Shown here one piece after another: positions 57,436 through 64,000 of a stretch of DNA of 64,000 nucleotides. Numbering within the stretch: the stretch's first letter is position 1; each line of letters starts with the position of its first letter. The translations under genes and the position numbers were made by a program. Where the stretch lies: the NCBI GenBank assembly GCA_964016885.1, contig OZ024741.1, positions 301,878,001 through 301,942,000 on the forward strand, given 5' to 3'. This DNA comes from Eledone cirrhosa. Lineage: Eukaryota. The notes beneath the pieces are model-generated. The model had not been told where the DNA came from and searched no databases. It was given only the letters and a program-made list of their open reading frames with translations.

Positions 57436-60400
57436 GGCGACCTACGTAGTAAATCGTATCATCGGGAGCTCCGCAAAGGTTTGTTATTTCCGTTTGTTAA
57501 AAATTGTCATTTATGGAAAATTTTATTGTTAACTGTTTATAAGCGCACATACATTGTTTTCCGAAAAGGACACCCAAAAAGATTGGGGCCTTGTGCCCAA
57601 AATTTAAACTTTTATTATTATAAAAAAAATGGCTAATTCACCTCTGCACGAAGCAGCTGAAAGCCTTCCTCACAAATTAACACCTCACACCAACACCACC
57701 ATTGTAAATGTTACTACGTTTGCCAACACAAAAAAAAATATAAGCAGTAGCAATATTTTAAATTTGTCTCAGGCAGACATTCATTACCCGCCATTACCAA
57801 TGACTGCAGGTGTTAAAGCCTCCACCACCACCACCACCACCGCGACAACAGAAACAAAAGAAGAAAAAAATAAATTAACTCGTGATGTCGAAATGAAATC
57901 AAGCAAAATGGACTCTTCCCCACCAAAGACGACTGACGTCACCACCACTACAACTGAAACTAAAATTAATATTAACGATAGCAACAACAACAACAATGAC
58001 ATTATAAACCCCCCCCCCCGCCCTCAGTTTCGCCAGAGTAGCAAAACAGTTCGAAGCATTTACGGTAACTCAGGAGGATTTAGAAAATGCCAAACAAATG
58101 GTAAAGAAAGATGGGTACAGGGTCAGCCTCACCCCCCCCCCCTAATAAAATGGAGCATCGACGCCTATGCACCGTGTCGTATAGAACAATAAATGTAAAA
58201 TCGCGCCGAGTGGAACGGGCATCCGAGTCCCAAATCCAAAAAGCTTTGGGACATGTGTGGGCAAGAAAAACCCACATCAGACGTGGGCAAAAGTATGGAA
58301 CCGTGGACGTGTTCTTTGAAACACCAGAGGAGGCTAGAGAACACTCCATGGCCCCATTAAGAAGTGACGACTTCACACTCGTCCCAAGCTATTGTGGCCA
58401 GAGACTCGTAAATATCAGGGTGACCCACGTTCCACCGGCCATCGAAATTCCCTGGCTAATAGCGGCTGTCCTCGCCGGCATCGAAGCCAACACGAAAATA
58501 ATAGCAATAGCAAAAGAAAAGCAGGAGAACTGGTCCGGATCTGGGATGGAGCTCCTGATCCAAGCGGACCAAAAAAGCATTGAGGAGATCCCAGAGGTAA
58601 TAGACCTCACAGACGGCAGCCACCTCACGGTAATTGTCGAGGGCAGAAGACCTAGGTGTGTCGTTTGTGGTGAAGGAACCCACCTAAGGGCTTTCTGCCC
58701 TCAGGCTAAAAGGTTGAGGCCACCTCTCCTACCCACCCCAGTGACACAACCATCAACACCACCAGTAGCATAGATGGCAGCAACAACTGTAGCAGCAACA
58801 ACAGAAGCAACTATAACAGCAACAACCCCAGCAACAGTAGCAAAACCAACACCACTACCACCACCAGCAAAACCAACACCACCACCACCCAACGCTTCAG
58901 AACTAGCACCAGCGCCTACACCATCCACCACGCCACAACCAAAACTAACGGCTGCGGAGGATTTTCCACTCCCCGGCCTATCACAACTGGAGACAGATTG
59001 TGACGACGAGGAGTGGGAAACGATATCCGGAAAAAAAAAAAGAAACCAAAAAAGAAAAAATTCTCTTCCTTCCCCCTCCAAAAACAAAATACAGAGGGAA
59101 ACAAATAAATTAAGAAACAAAAAAGTTAGGACAGATATGCCACCATCCACACCAGCATCACCAACCCCATCAACCCAAACACCAACACCATCACCATCAT
59201 TAACCCCAACACCACCATCACCAACACCACAAAGTCACCAAAATGCGAAACAGAAACAAACCCACAACAAACGCAAACAAAACAAAACAACCAAAACGAT
59301 ACACACTACACAGCATTAAATTTGAACAACAAGCAATTATTACACTACATCCAACACAACACCAGCATCACAGAAAAAGACTACACAACAACCCCAAAAT
59401 TCACACCACCTCCACACATACAAATCACTCGCATCACACAGAAAACGTACATGACACTAAAACAAAAATTCCCCAAAGACATCGGAGACTTCCGACAAGC
59501 ACTCTCTGGGGAGGCCACAAGCAGTGAAAAGGATGGAAAAACCGTCCTTCCCCTACGAGAAGTAAGGTAAGTGGTATTTCCCATCTTTTCCACTCCTTTT
59601 CAACATGACCTCACTCAGAATAGGCAGCATAAATGCGCGTGGCTTGGGGTCGTCATGGAAGCAGGGCCACCTGCTCAACGACCTCAGGTCACTAAACATA
59701 GATGTAGTGGCCATCAGCGAGACCAGAATCTCCGAAGCACAGGCTTTCGCACCGATCTTCGGCGGCTACGATGTGTACGCATCTCCCAGCCGTCCGGGAT
59801 CGGGGGGAGGAGTTGCTGTGCTTTTTCGGAGAGGTTTGGATCTTGCCATACGGGCCATCTTCCTGGACCCAGAAGGTAAGTTGGTGGTGCTGGACGTGAC
59901 CAGCGGAGACGGCCAAGCTTTCAGGTTAGTGGCCGTCTATGCCCCGACAGGAGCAGGGCGGCCTGATTTCTTCCGGCGTCTGGAGACCTTTCTTGGAACG
60001 TCCCGCTCTTTAGTGTTAGTGGGCGACTGGAACGAGATCTTAGATGCACGCTGGGATTGTGTGGGATTAGTGGATAGGGAAGGTGCAAGATAAGGTGCAG
60101 GATAAGGAGGGTGCAAGAGTCTCACCAACCTGCTCAGACGTTTTGAACTGTCTGACAGGTACCGAATGTATTTCCCGAATGTACCAATGTGGACTTGGAC
60201 AAATCGCATAGGGTCATCCAGATCATATCTAGATAGAGTATTTTGTAGGGAAATAGATAGGTCTAGCATAGGCTGTCCACAATTCAAGATAGTCAGCTAC
60301 ACGGACCACAAATTCGTGATCTGTGTGCTTGACTTAGATAGGCTTCATAGACGAGGACCCGGCTACTGGAAGCTAAACGCGTCCTTACCAGCGCGCAAGG

Positions 60401-63148
60401 CCTACAGAGACCGGTTTAGCGAACTAGTTAAGCGGGCGTTGACGGGGGCCATCGTCAACAACAAGTGGTGGTTTGCTCTGAAAAGAGCAATTAGAATAGA
60501 GTCCATTAGGTTTAGTAAGACTTTAGCAATAGAGAAAAATAGAGCAGAGGGAGAATTAGTTAGAAAATTAGATGAGGCGCTTAGCAAAGGCATCGCGACC
60601 GACGTACTTGCGGCGAAATTGGCTCTTGACCAATTCTTCAATGCAAAGCACGAAGGCTGCGTTGTCAGAGCTAGGGTGCGTGCTCTCAGACACGAGGGGA
60701 CAAAAGCCGTTCAATGGGCCCGAGTGGCGGAGGCGCGTCGTGGCAACAAAGCCACGATCCGGTCTTTGGTGGACCACGACGGGCGCATGCTACTCGATCC
60801 CGGGCAAATGTGTGAAGCTTTTCAGCGACACTTCGCTCAACTGTTCGGGGGCAGTGGCTGGCCGGATCGAGGGTTGGACTTTTGTGTCTACCTCGACGGA
60901 CTGCCGCGGCTTTCGGCCACTGAGGCGGAGTGTTGCGAAAAGCCGATAACAACCGCTGAAGTACGGGATGCAATGACTAGTTGCACAAGGGGTAAATCGC
61001 CTGGTTTAGATGGTCTGCCCTATGAACTTTACGTACAAATGCCAAAGTTGTTCGGAGGCCTCTTGGCGGACGTCTACTGCAACTGGCAACAGAACGGGAG
61101 AATTCCCAGCTCTGTGAGCCGAGGAGCGGTGGCACTGCTGAGAAAGGATCCGAACAAGGGGGATAACATAGATAATTTTAGGCCCATAACTCTGCTAAAC
61201 ACAGAGTTCAAGATTTTGGCCAAGGTGCTAGCAAAGAGGTTGGCGCTTGTCGTTGGTGGTCTGGTGGGAGAGGCACAGACATGCGCCATTCCCGACAGAT
61301 CCATTCACGACAACCTCCACCTCATGCGATACATCGTAGAGAGGGTATCTAGGGAACCTGGCACGGGTGGGTATTTGATCAATTTAGATCAGTCGAAAGC
61401 CTTCGATAGGGTCGACCATCGTTACCTAGCGGCAGTCCTGAGAGCGGCTGGCTTTGGGCCCGTCTTCAGAGGCTGGATAGCTGCCATGCACAGCAACATC
61501 TGCTCTGTAGTGAGAGTGAACGGTCACCTTTCGGAACCGTTCAACATCATGCGCTCGGTCCGCCAAGGATGTCCCCTCTCGTCCCTATTGTACGTATTGA
61601 CTCTCGAGCCATTACTGCACAAACTGGAGACGTTGAGGGGGTCCCGCGCGAACTAGGATGCGGAAGATCCGTGTCAGCATATGCCGACGATGTCACCGTA
61701 GTGGTGTCGAACGCCAAACACATCGAGGCGATCAGCACTACACTAAGAGAATACGAAGCAGTGACAGGAGCAATGATCAACCAGGAAAAGTCACTGGGCC
61801 TGCAGCTCGGCACCTGGAGAGGCAGGTCCATGCCGTCCAACAGCGTCGTCGGGCGCTGGACGGACGGACCGGTTAAATTGCTAGGGGTCTGGTTCGGTCC
61901 AGACCTCCAGACGGACAAAAACTGGGATGAGGTGACGAGCAGGGTGGCTTCTCTCACCCAGAAATGGGCCGAGAGGAAGCTATCCCTGAAAGGTCGAGCG
62001 GAGGTGGCTAACGCGTACATCGCGTCCGTCATCTACTACCGCCTGACCGTCGTACCTTGTCCTAAGCCCCGCCTAACTGCGCTGGAGCGTTTGCTCTTTC
62101 GCTTCTTGTGGAAGGGACGCGCTCCGATGGTCAGGCGGTCCATCTGCTGTCAACACCCGCTACGTGGAGGGCTGGGCATGCCGTGGCTGATGATGCGCAG
62201 ACACGCGCTCAGGCTACGACATCTCCACCTCTTCCTCGACGGTGATCAGGTGTGGTCGCCGTTTGCTAGACACGTTTTTCCCCAGCTCGTCTCCTTGACG
62301 GAGCTGCAGTCCTGGGTCAAGCGAAGACCGAGAGGGAGCGCTTGGAGACTGGAATGTCTTCAGGCGCTCACAGCCCTCGACCAATCGGGCAATGTGATCG
62401 GTGGAAACTCCACCTTGGCGTTCTATAGGGGATTAGTGGAGGGGAAGAGCGACGACGTACTTGGAGAAACTCTAGGCGTCGACGAAAATCAACTAGCCAA
62501 TCTCTTCGGAAGGACTTTCGGGCTGGGGCCTATGGACAACTTCCAGAAATCCCTGGCCTGGCAGTGCTACCGGGGTGCTTTGCCAGTTCGGGATAAACTT
62601 TACAGGCATGGAAGTGCCGTCAGCCGGGCATGTCCGAGATTCGCACAGGGCGACGAAACCGTCCTGCACGCACTCGTCCAGTGTCCGAGCATTGCTGACT
62701 TGTGGGTTTATGTCGAACACCTGCTGTCACGTGTAGGACGGATCCAGCTATCAGCTGAGTCCATCGTGAGGATTGCCCCGCCATCTTCCTTTAGCCGGGA
62801 AGGGCAGGCAGTTTTTATCTGTCTGGTGGCCATGGCGAAAGAGATAGTATGGTGGACACGTTTGAAAGGGCTGAAGACGAGCACTTACCTCTTCGGTGAT
62901 GCCCTGATTAACTTTTTCAAATTTCATCTGAAAAGGAAAATCAGGGTAGAGAGGGAAGTGCTCTCTTCCCAGCATTTTGTTGAAAGATGGGTGAGAGAAG
63001 CAAGTATGGCCCGAATGAATGGGCCTTCTCTGAGTATGTGTCTGTAAATTAAAGGTGGAAAACTGGGAGAGGGCACTTGCCCTGGTGGTCAGGGCCACTG
63101 TGGTCTTTTAATGGGCTTTCTCCACAAATGTCCCTCGGAAGTCTCCCC
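57436..63148 (+). mobile_element. Tx1-type LINE, copy 2, near full-length with few disablements
   Basis: ORF1 57629-59570 (CVVC..HLRAFC); ORF2 59605-63047: APE (SINARGL, SET, VYAP, GDWN, LDR, TDH), WKLN, KSPGLDG, FRPITLLN, LDQSKAFD, VRQGCPLS, YADD, GGLG, C-terminal zinc-binding region. Confidence 0.95.
59605..63047 (+). pseudogene. Tx1 ORF2 (APE endonuclease + reverse transcriptase), broken near 60093 and 61640
   Basis: ORF track segments 59605-60093, 60166-61656 and 61569-63047 are colinear. Confidence 0.93.
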
Positions 63149-63225
63149 CAGTACCAGTAATGCACTGGGTAATTGCTGGCCTTGTGCCTAAAGTAGAAAC
63201 AATTATTATTATTATTATTATTATT
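63149..63225 (+). mobile_element. SINE S1 3' end fused to the Tx1 3' UTR, followed by (ATT)n
   Basis: AGTACCAGTAATGCACTGGGTAATTGCTGGCCTTGTGCCTAAAGTAGAAACAATTAT, identical to the end of the SINE at 40134-40191. Confidence 0.92.
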
Positions 63226-64000
63226 GTTCTTTGAGTCTTAGTCATTGATGTTATTTAACTGGAAAGTTTGTTGAAATGAATATCAAGCCGCTACCTGCAG
63301 CCTCAGATATCCAGGACGTATCGGAGGGTTCTTGCTGTTCCCAGCAAGCATGCCTTTTGAAGTGTTCCAAAAAGCAGGGCTGGACTAACTTTCTTTAACA
63401 TCCTTGGAAACTCTTTGAGATAGTACCTAGTGCGCCTATGACAATCGGGACAACACTGATTTCATGGCAGTTCCAAATCCTTTTTACCTCCCACTTTAAG
63501 TCTTGGTATCGGTTAATTTTCTCCCTCTCCTTCTCTTGCACTCTCGTGTCAAATGAGCAGGCTACATCTACAATCAGGCACGATCTTTTTTCCTTTTCCA
63601 AAACCACCAGGTCAGGTCTATTGCGTTCTAATTTCTTATCCGTCTGTATCCTAAAATCACATAGCACCTTCACCTGATCGTTTTCTATCACTGACTCTGG
63701 CTTATGCTCATACCACTTCTCAGAATGTGGTAAATTGTTTACTTTGCATAGGTGCCAGTGGATCACCCTTCCCATCACATCATGTCTCCAGCCTTTATAG
63801 TGAGTCTGGGTTAGGTGTTTACACTCGGATACAATGTGAGCCACAGTCTCCTCTCTCTCTCCACAGATCCTACACAGTGGGCTAGCCTCCACCTTGTAAA
63901 TATGGTATTTCACCCACTTCGTTTTGAGTGCCTGCTCTTGCGCAGCCATTAGCATTCCTTCTGTAGCCTTTTTAAGGTCTCCTCTTTTTGACCAGTTCCA
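63226..64000 (-). mobile_element. R4/Dong-type RLE LINE family A, 3' part (continues beyond the window)
   Basis: Near-identical to 47185-47960. Confidence 0.93.

Overview
AT-rich eukaryotic, repeat-saturated window. The SINE sequences resemble octopus repeats as I recall them, so a cephalopod source is likely but unverified. No host gene can be called with confidence. Contents: (1) a decayed Penelope-like element (PLE; RT + GIY-YIG, Naiad-type motifs, minus strand, ~0.9-3.8 kb) plus further PLE fragments; (2) a 5'-truncated CR1-group LINE (4.3-8.4 kb); (3) about a dozen copies or fragments of one tRNA-derived SINE; (4) many 150-400 bp fold-back modules sitting inside (TA)n tracts, carrying at least six unrelated families of minimal type I hammerhead ribozyme motifs, one with a U3-A8 compensatory core; (5) an R4/Dong-type RLE LINE in (CATA)n; (6) a 17-kb array (47.2-64 kb) of R4/Dong RLE LINEs (minus) and Tx1-type LINEs (plus), every junction being a (TAT)n tract. 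The SINE tail resembles the Tx1 3' end, and two Tx1 copies terminate in a SINE tail. All calls come from reading the sequence by eye; boundaries are approximate.
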